Source: Dipteris shenzhenensis
Lineage: Eukaryota
Strand: one strand, 5' to 3'
DNA: 64,000 nucleotides
Assembly (NCBI GenBank): GCA_047967505.1
Contig: CM106538.1
A program made the position numbers and the translations under genes. The notes beneath the pieces were generated by a model. That model made no database searches and had not been told where the DNA came from. It was given only the letters and a program-made list of their open reading frames with translations. Numbering within the stretch: the stretch's first letter is position 1; each line of letters starts with the position of its first letter. Positions 39,942 through 53,099 of this stretch are shown in pieces.

Positions 39942-40294
39942 TGTGAAGATTGTGGGAGAGAGGGAAGGAGTCTCACTTGAGGCTTTCTCACATGCACAAT
40001 GGGGGAATACACACGAAGGTGGAGGCTGAAAAACAGTTTTCCTCTTCTTAGTTGTGTAAGCCAAAAGAACTCTAGTACAAAGAAATAGAAGAACCCTATA
40101 TGTCGGTCTCAAACCAAACTCAACTAACTAAGGTGGCATACTAACTGAGCCACAAACTATAGTAGATAAGGATAGCTGTCATCCAGCTATTATTCGTGGG
40201 CGGTGTACCAACCGCATCTCCAGCTAACAAGTCGGTGACATAAGTACACAACGGTCACCCTGGCATATCTCGAGTGGAGCTCGATATCTCAACA
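39942..40294 (-). repeat. 3' LTR of Copia element (353 bp)
   Basis: Matches 45100-45453 with 6 substitutions and 1 indel by manual alignment. Confidence 0.95.
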
Positions 40295-43200
40295 CTCCCC
40301 CTCGAGCTCAATCCCAAATCCTGCACACCAAGCAGGTCTCTGAACTTGCGCAGCTTCTCTGCGCCCAATGCTTTCGTGAATATGTCAGCTACCTGATCCT
40401 CTGTGCTGACATAAACTAGATCAATAAGACCTAGTAAAACCTTCTCCCGCACATAGTGATAATGCACCTCAATGTGCTTTGTTCTGGCATGAAAGACTGG
40501 GTTCTTTGCCAAGTGTATACTGCTCATGTTGTCACAATAAATGACAACCGGCCCATCTGTAGACTGATGCATATCATAGAGTAGCTTATGCAACCAAGCT
40601 ACCTCACATGTAGCCATTGCTGCACCCCTGTACTCAGCCTCTGTGCTCGACAAGGCAACTGTAGGCTGTTTCTTACTGCTCCAAGTGACTGCAACACTCC
40701 CAAAAGAGAACACATATCCACTGGTAGATCGTCTATCAGAAATGCTACCAGCCCAATCAGCATCAGTGTATCCATGCAACTGTATCTGAACCCCAGCCTC
40801 ATAAAATAGTCCATACTGCAATGTGGACTTCACATACCTGAGTATGCGTCTAGCCGCATCCAAATGCGGTTTCCTTGGAGCCTGCATAAACTGACTTACC
40901 AACCCAACAGCATAGCTCAAATCTGGCCTGGTAATAGTCATGTAAATCAAACTTCCTACTATGCGTCTGTACATAGTAGGGTCTTCCAGAAGCTCACCTG
41001 CATCTGTGCTCAGCTTCACATTCTGCTCCAAAGGAACTGAAATAGGCTTACAGCCTGTCATCCCATATTTGGACAGCATGTCCAATCCATACTGCCTCTG
41101 CAAGAGCTGTATCCCACTTGGTGATCTAATCACCTCAATGCCCAAGAAATAACGCAGCTCTCCCAAATCCTTCATCTCAAACTTCTGTCTCAATAGCATT
41201 TTCACATGAAGGATATCTTCATCACTATCACCTGTGATGATCAAATCATCAACATAAATGACCAGCAGCATAATCCCTTTCTCTGTTTTTCTCACATAGA
41301 GTGAGAAATCTACCTTGGAAATCTGAAAGCCAATAGTGACAAGATACTGTCCTATCTTGTCAGACCATGCTCTAGGTGCTTGCTTCAAGCCATACAAGGC
41401 TTTCTTCAACCTGCAAACAAACTCAGGATGAGTAGCATGAACATAACCTACTGGCTGCTCCATAAAGACCTCTTCTTGCAAATCACCATGCAAGAAGGCA
41501 TTCTTTACATCCATCTGATGTAAAGACCATCCCTTTGATGCAGCCATAGCAATGGCTGCTCTTACGGTTGCCATCCTTGCAACCGGGCTGAAAGTTTCTT
41601 CATAATCAATGCCATATGTCTGTGCATACCCCTTGACAACTAATCTTGCCTTGTATCTATTCACAGAACCATCTGCATTGTGCTTGATCTTATAAACCCA
41701 CTTACAACCAATTGCATTCTTGCCTTTAGGCAAAGGCACCAATTCCCATGTAGCATTAGCATCCAAGGCATCCATTTCTTCATCCATGGCTTTCTCCCAT
41801 TTTTCATTTCCCATGGCTTGCTCAAAAGAAGTGGGTTCTGGTTCCTGTATCACTTTGACCATATAGGCATAGTGAATGGCTGTAAATCCATCATATTTCA
41901 GCCTATCCACAGGATACCTAACCCTGGTAGACCTGCGCAAAATAGGCTCACTTCCAGGTGCTCTCAAAACATCCCTGGTCTTCCTTACTCCAGGTGTAAC
42001 AACAGAAAGAATACCCAACTCATCATCAATGCTCTGTTCTGAGCCACTGGATTCACCATCCACATAAGAGTGACCTGCATTCACATCAAACATGGGCTGA
42101 TCTACCTTCTCTTTTCCTTTTCGTGATACCTGCGTACCACTATCTGCATTGCTTTGAGGAGATTCTCCTGATCTCAATCTACCTGTCCATGGTGAAGTAT
42201 GTGAACCACTGCTAGAGGACACTGCAGGTCCACTGATATTTTGTGATTGCTGCTGTGAATTCTGTGCAGCAATACCATTTTGTGCATCTACATCAATCAT
42301 CACATTTACTGGTTTATACCAGCTGCTCATCTCATCAAAAACAACATCTCTACTCACTGTGAACTTACGTGTAGAAGGGTTATAGCATCTATACCCTTTC
42401 TGCTGCAGAGAATAACCAATAAAGATGCACTTCTCAGCTTTTGGATCCAACTTGGACCTCAACTCATCTGGCACATGGACATAGGCAATGCAACCAAAAA
42501 TCTTCAAATGAGAAATATCTGGTTTCCTACCAGTATACATCTCCTCTGGCGTCATGCCATGTATTGCTGCAGTGGGAGTCCTGTTCATTATATAGACTGC
42601 TGTAGCAACTGCTTCAGCCCAATAATAATCTGGTAGATCTTTTTCATTTAGCATAGCCCGAGATACCTCTCCAATATGCCTGTTTTTTCTTTCTGCAATT
42701 CCATTTTGCTGTGGGGTATGACTGCATGAATATTGCTGCTTTATACCATGCTCCTGCAAGAACCTTGCAAACTCATTTGAGAGGTACTCTCCCCCTCCAT
42801 CTGACCTTAGGCATTTTATTTGCAGGCCTATTTCTTTTTCAACCATAGCTTTGAAAGCTTTGAAGTGCCCAAACACTTCACTTTTCTTTTTCATAAAATA
42901 CACCCACAGTTTTCTGCTGAAGTCATCAATAAATGTGACAAAATAGTGACAGCCTCCAACAGATGCAGCTTTTGTAGTCCACACATCAGAGTGGATTAAT
43001 TCCAATGGCCTTTTACTCTCTTGAACATGCCTAGGAAAAGGTTTCCTTGCCTGTTTCCCAAATTGACAGGCTTCACAAACCTTGTGCATTTCTGCAACTT
43101 TGAATTTAGGCAATCCTGCAACAATATTTTGGGCTTGCATTGATTTTAGTCGCTGTATATTAACATGACCAATGCGTTTGTGCCAGATATCAATATCTGC

Positions 43201-44622
43201 AACTACACCGGTCCCATGTGCAAACATTGCTGCACTCAATTCAGGCATGTCTGCATCCAACGTAAACATCCTGCCCTTCTTCTTTCCTTTTGCTATCAAG
43301 CGACCGTTATTTTTCATATCCTCAACAAAGCATCCATGAGGATTAAATCTAACCTGCAAGCCCTGCTCAACCATTTGACCAACAGAAACCAGGTTCTTGG
43401 TGATGTTCGGGACATGAAATACATCAGACAAGTATTTCTTTTTCCCATCCTGCATAGACAAAGGAATTTTGCCAATCTGCACAATAGGATGTGCAGTATC
43501 ATCACCAGTCTCCACAAATCCTGGTTTTTCCATTTTTCTTGCATCCTGCATCCATTCAGCGTGACCTGTCATGTGGTTTGACGCACCCGAGTCAACATAC
43601 CACACATCATTGCTTTCTTCTGCACTTGTTACAGAATTTGTCATATGCTGCACCATAAACAAATGCTCATTTCTGTCATCGCCCTGTCTACTAGAGGATG
43701 CATAATTGCCTTGCTGCAATTTTCCACTCATAATGTCATTCTGCTTTTTGTAGCAGTCTTTAGCCATATGACCCATTTTGCCACAATAGTAGCATTCAAC
43801 ATTGCTGTTTGCATTTTGGCTTCTCTGCCATCCACCACGGCCTCTTTGGCTCCCCCTGCCTCTAGAGTTACCACGTCCTCCTGCATAGGACTGGTTTTCT
43901 TGTGTTTGCTGCATATTCTGATTTCTACCACGGCCTGCAGATCGGCCTCCTCTACCTCTGCCAGCATTTGAGTAGAAGACAGTTTCTTTTGAAGTTCCTG
44001 CTGAAGAAGATGCACCCCCATTTCTCTGCTCTTCAGAAATTAGAAGAGCAATCAACTCCTCAAAATCAGGAAAGTTTTCACGGACGGCAATGGATGTCCG
44101 GAACTGTGTATAATCCTTTCCTAGACCATTCAAGGTCACAGAAACCAAATCATCATCATCCACTGGCGACCCAATGGAAGCAAGTGCATCTGCAATTTTC
44201 TTCACTTTCATGTGGTAGTCATTTATGCTCAAATTTTCTCTCTGCACATTGTGCAACTCCTGTTTGAGTTGCATTTTCCTGGCTTGCGTATTTGTGCTAT
44301 ACATTTTTGCCAAAGTATCCCATGCCTCCTTTGGCGTATTTGCATCCTGAATATGCACAATCATGGAGTCCGAAATACTGATAGACAGCCAGTACATAAC
44401 TTTCCTGGCTCTCTCATGCCATCCTTTGAATGCCTGCATTTCCTGTTGACTGGGAACATTAGGAAGAACAGGTTCTTCTTCATTTCCTGTAATGAATTCC
44501 CAATAGCCTTTTCCCATCAAGAAATTCGTCATTCTAAACTTCCATGCCTGGAAATTGTTCTTGTCAAGCTTTTCAGTGACAATCTGTGAAAGAGAATCAG
44601 ATGCCATTACAGAACACTGCAA
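40255..44622 (-). CDS. Copia gag-pol polyprotein, 1455 aa
   Basis: Domains in Copia order: gag (KLDKNNFQAWK), CCHC knuckle CYYCGKMGHMAKDC, protease WYVDSGASNHM, integrase (HKRIGH...CEAC; D-D-E in HSDVW, RSDGGGEY, AERKNR), RT (QMDVKNAFLHG, YVDD), RNase H (DADWAG, STEAEY, DN). Confidence 0.97.
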   Translation of the reverse strand: MQCSVMASDSLSQIVTEKLDKNNFQAWKFRMTNFLMGKGYWEFITGNEEEPVLPNVPSQQEMQAFKGWHERARKVMYWLSISISDSMIVHIQDANTPKEAWDTLAKMYSTNTQARKMQLKQELHNVQRENLSINDYHMKVKKIADALASIGSPVDDDDLVSVTLNGLGKDYTQFRTSIAVRENFPDFEELIALLISEEQRNGGASSSAGTSKETVFYSNAGRGRGGRSAGRGRNQNMQQTQENQSYAGGRGNSRGRGSQRGRGGWQRSQNANSNVECYYCGKMGHMAKDCYKKQNDIMSGKLQQGNYASSSRQGDDRNEHLFMVQHMTNSVTSAEESNDVWYVDSGASNHMTGHAEWMQDARKMEKPGFVETGDDTAHPIVQIGKIPLSMQDGKKKYLSDVFHVPNITKNLVSVGQMVEQGLQVRFNPHGCFVEDMKNNGRLIAKGKKKGRMFTLDADMPELSAAMFAHGTGVVADIDIWHKRIGHVNIQRLKSMQAQNIVAGLPKFKVAEMHKVCEACQFGKQARKPFPRHVQESKRPLELIHSDVWTTKAASVGGCHYFVTFIDDFSRKLWVYFMKKKSEVFGHFKAFKAMVEKEIGLQIKCLRSDGGGEYLSNEFARFLQEHGIKQQYSCSHTPQQNGIAERKNRHIGEVSRAMLNEKDLPDYYWAEAVATAVYIMNRTPTAAIHGMTPEEMYTGRKPDISHLKIFGCIAYVHVPDELRSKLDPKAEKCIFIGYSLQQKGYRCYNPSTRKFTVSRDVVFDEMSSWYKPVNVMIDVDAQNGIAAQNSQQQSQNISGPAVSSSSGSHTSPWTGRLRSGESPQSNADSGTQVSRKGKEKVDQPMFDVNAGHSYVDGESSGSEQSIDDELGILSVVTPGVRKTRDVLRAPGSEPILRRSTRVRYPVDRLKYDGFTAIHYAYMVKVIQEPEPTSFEQAMGNEKWEKAMDEEMDALDANATWELVPLPKGKNAIGCKWVYKIKHNADGSVNRYKARLVVKGYAQTYGIDYEETFSPVARMATVRAAIAMAASKGWSLHQMDVKNAFLHGDLQEEVFMEQPVGYVHATHPEFVCRLKKALYGLKQAPRAWSDKIGQYLVTIGFQISKVDFSLYVRKTEKGIMLLVIYVDDLIITGDSDEDILHVKMLLRQKFEMKDLGELRYFLGIEVIRSPSGIQLLQRQYGLDMLSKYGMTGCKPISVPLEQNVKLSTDAGELLEDPTMYRRIVGSLIYMTITRPDLSYAVGLVSQFMQAPRKPHLDAARRILRYVKSTLQYGLFYEAGVQIQLHGYTDADWAGSISDRRSTSGYVFSFGSVAVTWSSKKQPTVALSSTEAEYRGAAMATCEVAWLHKLLYDMHQSTDGPVVIYCDNMSSIHLAKNPVFHARTKHIEVHYHYVREKVLLGLIDLVYVSTEDQVADIFTKALGAEKLRKFRDLLGVQDLGLSSRGSVEISSSTRDMPG

Positions 44623-45087
44623 AATATTCTGTCACTGCAAAAAACACAGCTTTTGCCTCACACGGGCAGATCTGCAAAACCGACGAGAGTGGTATTTCAC
44701 CACACAGTCACTTCCTAGTGATGATTTTGCATCAACAGGCAATAGGCATGAATCTGCAACTCCCAATATCTCTGCACACAGGCATACGATGCAATTTCTG
44801 CGGCACCTTTCCACCGACTAGCCGTGCAGTGGTCGCACAGCAAAAAATAGGGCCTTTTTCTGAGTGCCTGCGAAGAACTTCTGCCTTCGAAACGGGCCCC
44901 GCAGCATATACTGCACTCTCGCCACACCGCGAAGGGCGTCTCAATCTGAAACAGTGCACTCCTGCACTTCTGGCTGTGCTACCTGCAGAGATTTGCTCCC
45001 AAACTCGAAATAGGAAAGCAACACTGGTCCTCTTACCAGGACACCACGAACTTGGCTTGTTTTCTTGAGCTCCTTACCACGAACAAG

Positions 45088-45099
45088 GCTCTGATACCA
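45088..45099 (-). promoter_or_regulatory. Primer-binding site (tRNA-iMet) of the Copia element
   Basis: TGGTATCAGAGC on - directly after the 5' LTR. Confidence 0.95.
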
Positions 45100-45453
45100 T
45101 GTGAAGATTGTGGGAGAGAGGGAAGGAGTCTCACTTGAGGCTTTCTCACATGCACAATGGGGGAATACACACGAAGGTGGAGGCTGAAAAATAGTTTTCC
45201 TCTTCTTAGTTGTGTAAGCCAAAAGAACTCTAGTACAAAGAAATAGAAGAACCCTATATGTGGGTCTCAAACCAAACTCAACTAACTAAGGTGGCATACT
45301 AACTGAGCCACAAACTATAGTAGATAAGGATAGCTGTCATCCAGCTATTATTTGTGGGGCGGTGTACCAACCACATCTCCAGCTAACAAGTCAGTGACAT
45401 AAGTACACAACGGTCACCCTGGCATATCTTGAGTGGAGCTCGATATCTCAACA
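45100..45453 (-). repeat. 5' LTR of Copia element (354 bp)
   Basis: TG...CA ends, flanked by the PBS and the TSD. Confidence 0.95.
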
Positions 45454-45458
45454 CTGGG

Positions 45459-48400
45459 CACCCCCTCAGCTTGTATTCTCCCCGAGCATGATCTCCAAAC
45501 TCTGCCTCCATCACCTCCGCTGAACACATTGGTTGCACGATCACTCCTCGATCCATAGGCAAGAATAGGCGCTGATAAATAAATTGAACCGTCAGCTCTC
45601 GATGCTCTTCCAAAAATTCCACAGCAGATCCTACCACCAACTGCTAGCAAAGCGCCGATGTTGCTAGATGAACCCTTTTGCCACATGTCCTCATGCGATA
45701 GATCTACAGCCTCCACCTCAACCCAAGAAATCTGTGCCTCATTAGAAATCGAAAATGGGCATTGAAGATTGCCGTCATGATGGTATGGACGAAGCCGAAA
45801 ACCATTAACTGGATGTGGAAGTACGTGCCCTTGCAAATCCACAAGATAAAACGATGTCAATCCGCAATCATGAAAAATCTAGAATGGACCCGACCATCGC
45901 AATTTCAACTTCCTCGGCATCCTTCCAAGAAAGTGTTGAATAGAAGAACCAGTTGGCTACACTCAAAAGATTTTTCTTCGAGGCCAAATCCACCCTCCGC
46001 TTACACCGTGCTTGAACCTCCAGGGTGAGATAATAGCTCTGTAGCTACATATCATCCAACTAATCTAGAACATCCAATCGGGATACCATAGAGTCCTACA
46101 AAAGAAGCCTATCCTCTACCACAATCCTCACACTCAGAACAATATGCTCGATCGGCGTAATTGCTTCCAGCCCAAATGCCAATTTGAAAGGAGTCAACCC
46201 TGTGGCCACCTTGAATGATGTGCGGTAAGCCCATAGTGCTGCCAGTAACTTCTCATCCCAATCCATGCTATGCTCATTCACCAGCAACAACATAATCCAC
46301 TTGAACGTATGATTTCTAGACTATGCCAATCCATTAGCCTGTGGATAATAGGGGGAAGACTTCTTGTGAATCACCATATAAAAAGAATTCATCCACATGA
46401 TGACCTTATTGACAAAGTGAGTCCCCCCATCATCGCTGACAATCTCAATTGGGTAATTGAACCAAGTGAACACATCGTGGTATAGGCATTTTGTGATTGA
46501 CTTTCCGGTATTGTCCCACAAAGCCCAAGCTTCCACCCATTTGGTACAATGATCAGTGGCTACAAGAGTGTAATAATTTCTTGTGCAGGCAACTGCTGGC
46601 TTGAATGGACCCATGAAATTCCAAACCCCACTTCTGAAATGGCTCTAGAGGCGATATGGGGTTAAGTGGCATGCGATCTCGATCAGTGGGCTAGCCCAAC
46701 TATTGGCAAAGGTTACAACTTTTGCAAACTATCTGGCATCCTTTTGCATGGTTGGCCACCATAAACCCACCTGCAAAATTTTCTTTACAGTGACTTTTCC
46801 CACAAAATGGCCACCTGAAACCCCGCAATGGGCTTCCATTAGCACTGCCTCCTACTCATGAGGTGGAACACACCACAGCAGCAACGCCTATGTTAGGTAT
46901 CGTTGGTACAACTGGCCCAGTACTACTTCAAAGGATTGGCTCTGCAATGCCAAGCATTTCCTCTGGTCTCTATTCATGTACTTGGGCATGATGTCGGTAG
47001 ATAGGAATGAGAGCATCTTGTCATACCATGAGAATGGTCCCTCTGGAATGACTTCGGCCTTTGTTGTAATCGTATCCACCCGAAAAATTGATGCTAGCTC
47101 TGCATCAGCAAACTCATCCTCTACTCCCATTGGTAGTTCTCCAGACTCCAGTCGAGATAGGTAATCTACCACCGCATGCTACAAGCCCGACCGATGAATC
47201 ACATAAAAATCATATTCTTGTAATAGCAACTCCCATCATGCCAATCGGCCCATAAGACTTTGCTATTTTACCAAATACAACAATGCAGAATGATCAACAT
47301 GGAATACAAAAGGTCGGCCCAACAAATAATTCTAGATGATTTCTTGACGGAATAGATCATGCCCAGTCCTTCTCACTCCATGACAAAGTAATTCTTTTCA
47401 GCTGTTGAGAACCGTCAGCTTGCGTAGTAGATTGGGCGATACCATTTATCTGCATCTTCCTACATCGACACTCCCAATAGCTCTATCCAAGGCATCCACA
47501 AATACATGAAAATTCTTCTCCCAATCCATAGACAACAGCACTGGTGCTCTGGAAAGCTTAATCTTGAGTTGCAGGTATGCTTGGTTGCACTCTGTGGTCC
47601 ACACAAATGCCTTCGGTTCCACATGAGCCAATGCATTCAAGGGAATTGCCATGTGAGCTAGGAACCGCAGATGTCTGCCATGCCATCAAATTTGGCCCAA
47701 GAACCGCAAGCACTCCTTAGGTGGTGTTGGCATCGGGGCTTGCATAATTATTGACACTTTGCCTAGATCCACTGCAATTCCTTATGTCGAGATCACATGC
47801 CCTAGGAGTCGGCTACTACAGACTGTGAACGCGCATTTCATAGGATTCAAACTGAAGGAGACTTCCTTGCATCATTGGAAACCCTTTCGCAAATGCTCCA
47901 AGTACTCAGTGAATGTGCCGAACACACTGAGGTCATCCAAGAAAATCCGCATGAAATTTGTCAAATAAGAGCCGAAAATCTCTTGCATTGCTTGCTGAAA
48001 AGTCAAGGGAGCATTTCGCAATCCAAACCACGTGACTATGCAGACATAGATGTTATGAATGCTATTTTGGGATGGTCTTCCAAAGCCATTCGTATTTGGT
48101 TGTACCTACTATATCCATCCAAGAAGGAGTACTCATCATGCCCCGCCACTTCATCCAGCATAGAATCCATGTATAGTAAGGGAAATGGATCAGGTATAGT
48201 CACCACATTCAACTTGCAGTAGTCAACACAACTCCGCAATTTCTTATTTTTCTTTGGCACAATGACAATCGGGGAAATCCACTCTGGATTCTCAATTGAT
48301 GCGATGAATCCCACGCACGGCAAGCGCTCTAGTTCTTCACACACTTGCTTGGCCACATGCGGATTCATATGGTACCTCTGTATCTTTGTCAGTGTCATGA

Positions 48401-50760
48401 CCCGATGCTGGCAAAATTTTGGATCCAGACCCTTCATATCCTCATAATTCCAGGTGAACACATTGGGAAAATCCCGCAAGAGGGCAATCAATTCACTGCG
48501 GAATTCAGCCATCAACAATGTGCTGATTTTGATTGGTTTGGATGCTCCATCCTGCATCTTCTTGAACTCATGTGACTCAACTCATATGTTCTTCGAATTC
48601 TCTCTCCTATTGCAGGAGATCTCATAGATCCATATCCACTGCTACGTGCTGGGGCTCAGTCGCCTACTCTGAAACTATGCTGGCAACACCTGCCAGAAGA
48701 CTTTGATGCCTGTAACTTTCTGTAATGCCTTCCATATCGATGGTGAAGATAGGAACTAACTCCATATTTGCTTTGAGAAAGGCTTCCTCCTCATCATCCT
48801 CTAATTTGTCGACCATGTTCACCATCTCGGCCAACATAGGTCATACTACATTTGCCAAAGGTGATGGCACTCCCATTGTGACCCGCGCTTTCGTCTTTCC
48901 TCTTCGCATTGAAATGACATTCTACTCCCAATTTTGCTTGACTTTTGCTTGCCCTAACCAAGGCCTATCCAAGAGGACACTATACTCTGGTATTGTGGCA
49001 AAAATGTTGAGCACCATGAAGGACACCACAAATGATATGCCTGCAACCTCCAGAACAATGGCCCGTAGGACCCCAAGTGGTTGAACTCGACGTTGATCAA
49101 CCATGTGGACTAAGAATGGCATCAGCTCCCAAGGCATCTATCCCATTTCATGGCAGGTCTTCAAAGTGATGATATTGACCCCTGAACCGCCATCTACCAA
49201 CAACTTAGCAAAAGTCTCCCCTTGTGCCTTTGTGGATAAAACCGAAAATCTTATGTCAATCAAAGGGACTACTGGAACTAGGCATGAATCAGCTTGTCAT
49301 AGCTCCACCTCTTTTAGTTCAGACTCCGTATGTAGGGAATGCAACAATTGCCAGTGGAATCCTAGAACCAAGTTAAGCAATCTTCCCAATGAAATCTAGA
49401 TCGGTGCCTCTAGAATGCACTCCAACTCTGGCTCCCTTTGTGGAGAATTTGCCCTCTTGGCTTGGTTTGTGACTAACAATGGAGTTGCTTCGACCACCTT
49501 CGGATCATTCCCTAGTAAGTGTAGCTTGAACTTGGCTTGAGTTTCCACCTCTGATTAGACAACTAGCTCCACGAATTGCACCTTCCATGTTTCACTGGGC
49601 ATTGCGGAATCTGCTAAGTGCATCAATGGTGGCTCCTTCATCACCAACTCATAGACTTGGCATCGGATGTGTTCCTAGGCTAGCCAATCCAGCATAGTAA
49701 CGCTTGATGTTGTGGCTCTTCTTGCACAATAGAAGCAACCGCATCTTGCGGCTCACCAACCGCTCTCTGGCTATGCCCATTATAGTGGCATCCCACTATG
49801 TTATGTGTATCAGTCAAGCAAATCGTGCACCAATTCACGTTAAGAGCACACTCAACTGTGGAGTGACCAGGATTGTGGCAGTGAGTGAACCAGATACCCT
49901 TCAAGCCTTTAGGCACTGATCCTTCTCCGGAAGCCACTGGTATGCCCTTGCCCCCTTAAGAGGCTCTTCAGGTCTTCGTCTCCACTTCCGAGTCAGATTC
50001 CTCTGAATTAGTACCTTCAGAGCTTTCTTCTGAGCTGGTCACATCCATGTCTTTGTCACTATCATCTGGCTTCTTAGATTTTGGCATCTTCTTCTTAGCT
50101 TTACTCTTCGCAGATTTGTGGTTCTTGGATGTCCTCCTGCGCAACGAATCCCTCGCCTACACTGCTTGTGCCATGACTGCCTCGAGCATTGTCTGTGTCC
50201 GATCCACTATGGTCAATGCCATCCGCAAATCCTATGACAGCCTCGAAATGAAGTAGTCATTGAGTACCTCCTGAGCAGGCATTCCCTCATAGACACACGT
50301 TACATGAGTAAGTTGAATTTGGATGCATGACTTTCCACATCCTGATCTCCTTGATCCAAGCGATGCAATCTATCCAGAGTTTGCAGAGTCATTTTTTCTT
50401 GACAAAACCATCTCAAGAATGCATCACGGGCCTCATCGTATGTGGCAAAATGGTCCACTGCGTACTCTGCCAACCATCGTGCTACCTTGCCTACTAAAGT
50501 TGACTCAAAAACCTTCTCCTATCAGAGCGGTGCGACAGGTGCCGGATTGTTGATCCCATACACCTTCTCAAACTGTCGGACATGTGCATCAAGGTCGTTC
50601 AACTTTCGCCCCACAAACTTGGCATACCTGACTTGTCCTGCGGTAGCCATCAGAGGGCCTCCAATGTTTGTTGCTCCTCCAGACAGCCTTCCTTGACCGA
50701 AGAAATTGCGAGAAGCTGCCGAAACTGCAGTTGGAGATGAAGATGCACTCAACACCTAGC
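45459..50760 (-). mobile_element. Decayed Ty3/Gypsy gag-pol (non-chromoviral type), interrupted by the Copia insertion
   Basis: Gypsy order, with many stops and frameshifts: gag (~50050-50755), Zn knuckles (49680-49937), protease LVDGGSGVNI (~49170-49205), RT (WISPIVIVPKKNKKLRSCVDY, FLDGYSRYNQI, RIFLDDL), RNase H (FHVFVDA), integrase (VATDHCTKWVEA, SDDGGTHF, YYPQANGLA, ALWAYRT). The element probably continues below 39937. Confidence 0.9.
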
Positions 50761-53099
50761 GTGCATCAAGTGATACCCACACCCATAGCCTTGGCGGTGA
50801 AATTGACTGAGCAGGTGGACTCTAATACTAATCGACCTCTCCCAGAGCTCCTTGCGGAATGGCATCTCCATGCTTGGGATCACTATTATGCCGCCACAAC
50901 TGCATCGGTGTCAAGGGATCAAGAGGTCCTTGCAAGCGTGTGTGCATGCATGCCTACTGGGAAGATAACAACTATAGAATTCGCTACCACATGACCACTG
51001 GATAAGGTTCTTCACTGGAATTTCCGCACTCACTCTACCATAAGCAGGGTGCTAGGGATTGAATTGCATCCGATGGAGTTCATCTTGAAATCCACAGATG
51101 TGCCTCCTTACTGCACCAATCTCCTCTCGAATCTCCATCAAAGTGAGTGCAACTACATGCAAACCTCCATGTGAAGTGCCTCTGCAATGATGGCAAGGAG
51201 CGGATGACATGAGCGTGTCCCAAACACTTTGTTGAAAGACAATTAATTGCCAGATTGTGTATTCCTTGCATGATGGTAAGAATGTGCATCGTGATCGCTA
51301 ATGTGTAGCATCATAAATACATGCACACGCTATGGGAATGCATAGCCATTGCAACTTTGTATGGCTTTTACATGTCTCTTGTACATTTCTTCAAACATAT
51401 ATGTCTTGTATATTTATGTTTACTTGTATCATTAAACACTTAAATATAATTCCTCATGGTGTGAGAAATTTTTCAACAAGGGTAAAATTTTATGGCAATC
51501 TTGATTTTAAGGGCATTTAAAAGCAATCTCTTGAAAATCAATGCTGAATCAGTAATCGTCTTTGGAATACCAGTTAATATTGTCTAAGGACTTTATAATT
51601 ATTTACATAAGTTAATATGATAAAAGTTTATTTATTTATATGTATTATTAATATTATTGTACTAAAATGTTAAACAAAGATCATCATCTTCCATCAAATG
51701 AATCACCTTCAAATTTGTTGCCCTATCTTTGAAGATACTCCTCTCTCACAACTCGAACTCTAGCATTAGCTCCTTACTTCTAAAGCATGGGCGTTACTTG
51801 AGCCTTTGTGAGTCTTCACTCCTATTTCCTTCATCAAAGCTTGAAAGCAATACTTCAAAGTTGAAGATCCGATTCACAAATTACCACTGCCCCATGCCAT
51901 AGCCGTCAGCGTCAAACAAAGGACCCAACCTTCAGGTACTTTGAAGCTTTGAAGTTTGGAAGATGGTGTATTGAAAGATGTTGTCTTTGCATTCTATAAC
52001 GCAACATATGCATCAAATGGAGAAAAGGTAAGAATTTGTGTGGGAGAGACATTCAAGGTGTGGTAGCTTCTGGCAATGGAAAGAGGAAAGGGCAGGCAAG
52101 CTCGTTCCCAGATGATTCACTATGGTTTTGCGATTAGGAGAGGGCCTTCTTAAGAGAGCTACAATAGAAGATCTGGAGAGGGATCTCTGCTTGTCTCACA
52201 CTTGAGCTAGATTGTTACCTATTGATGATGGTCCCTATGTGATCATATTATATCGACCTACCAAAAGGTCATAGCAGAAACAACTAAATCTTTTGAGGCA
52301 TAGCAAAGTATATGAGCCAAACCACGATGCATCATGCCTTCCCCTAAACATTTTTTTTGTTACAACACCTGCCAAGTCATTTTATAGTCCAAGTATATTC
52401 CATGATCCATTTTGTGTGGCAAGTATTCAATGTGATTATCATTGCTTGTCAATTATCATCTCTAACTTTGTCTCTTTGTCTCTCACTCTCTCAGTGTTCC
52501 CCTAATTCGATTTTTTTCTACTCTGTTTCATTCCAAGCCCTCAAAATTCATCATGATCCACTCTTAGGCTGTCGATATTTCTTCTTAGATGATGTCTAGA
52601 TAGACAGGGAAGAATGAACTCTATGTTTACATTGAAAAATCTCTATTGTGGATTGAAAATCCATTAACAGCTTGAATCTTATACATCATGATAGTAGAGA
52701 CTCAAGAGTTGCTTTTATTACAAGATCTTGTCAAGAAAAATGCTAATAATCAGCTGAAATTTACAGATATAGATACCAAAATACACAACAGTGTGTACTT
52801 TGCACTTAAATTCCAAAAAACAAAAAACATGACATGGCTTAAAAAATGTGATTCATCACACTACTCAAGCTATAAGGGATGATTTACTAGTAATGACATA
52901 TGTTGGAAGATGGAACAATAAGCTATAGTGATGAGTCTCGACCGTGGTCCATAGAACTTGGTTTAAGGACTTCGTTAAAGAAGCTTATCAACACCCACTA
53001 CCAATTGTGCAGATCTATGTGTGGTTCCTATTATAGAACTAACTTGCTAAGCATGGATCAATTAGTTGCAACACCTTCTTGACAAGTTCAAGTTCTTTG

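Larger units (their letters stand above)
39942..45453 (-). mobile_element. Full-length intact Ty1/Copia LTR retrotransposon (5512 bp)
   Basis: TG...CA LTRs at 45100-45453 (5') and 39942-40294 (3'); TSD CTGGG at 39937-39941 and 45454-45458; PBS 45088-45099; PPT GAGGGGGAG at 40295-40303; single intact ORF. Confidence 0.97.

Noticed and set aside
40588-45068. Multiple + strand ORFs overlapping the Copia ORF
   Set aside because: Antisense shadows of a long open frame with no recognisable domains. The same applies to + strand ORFs over RepHel.
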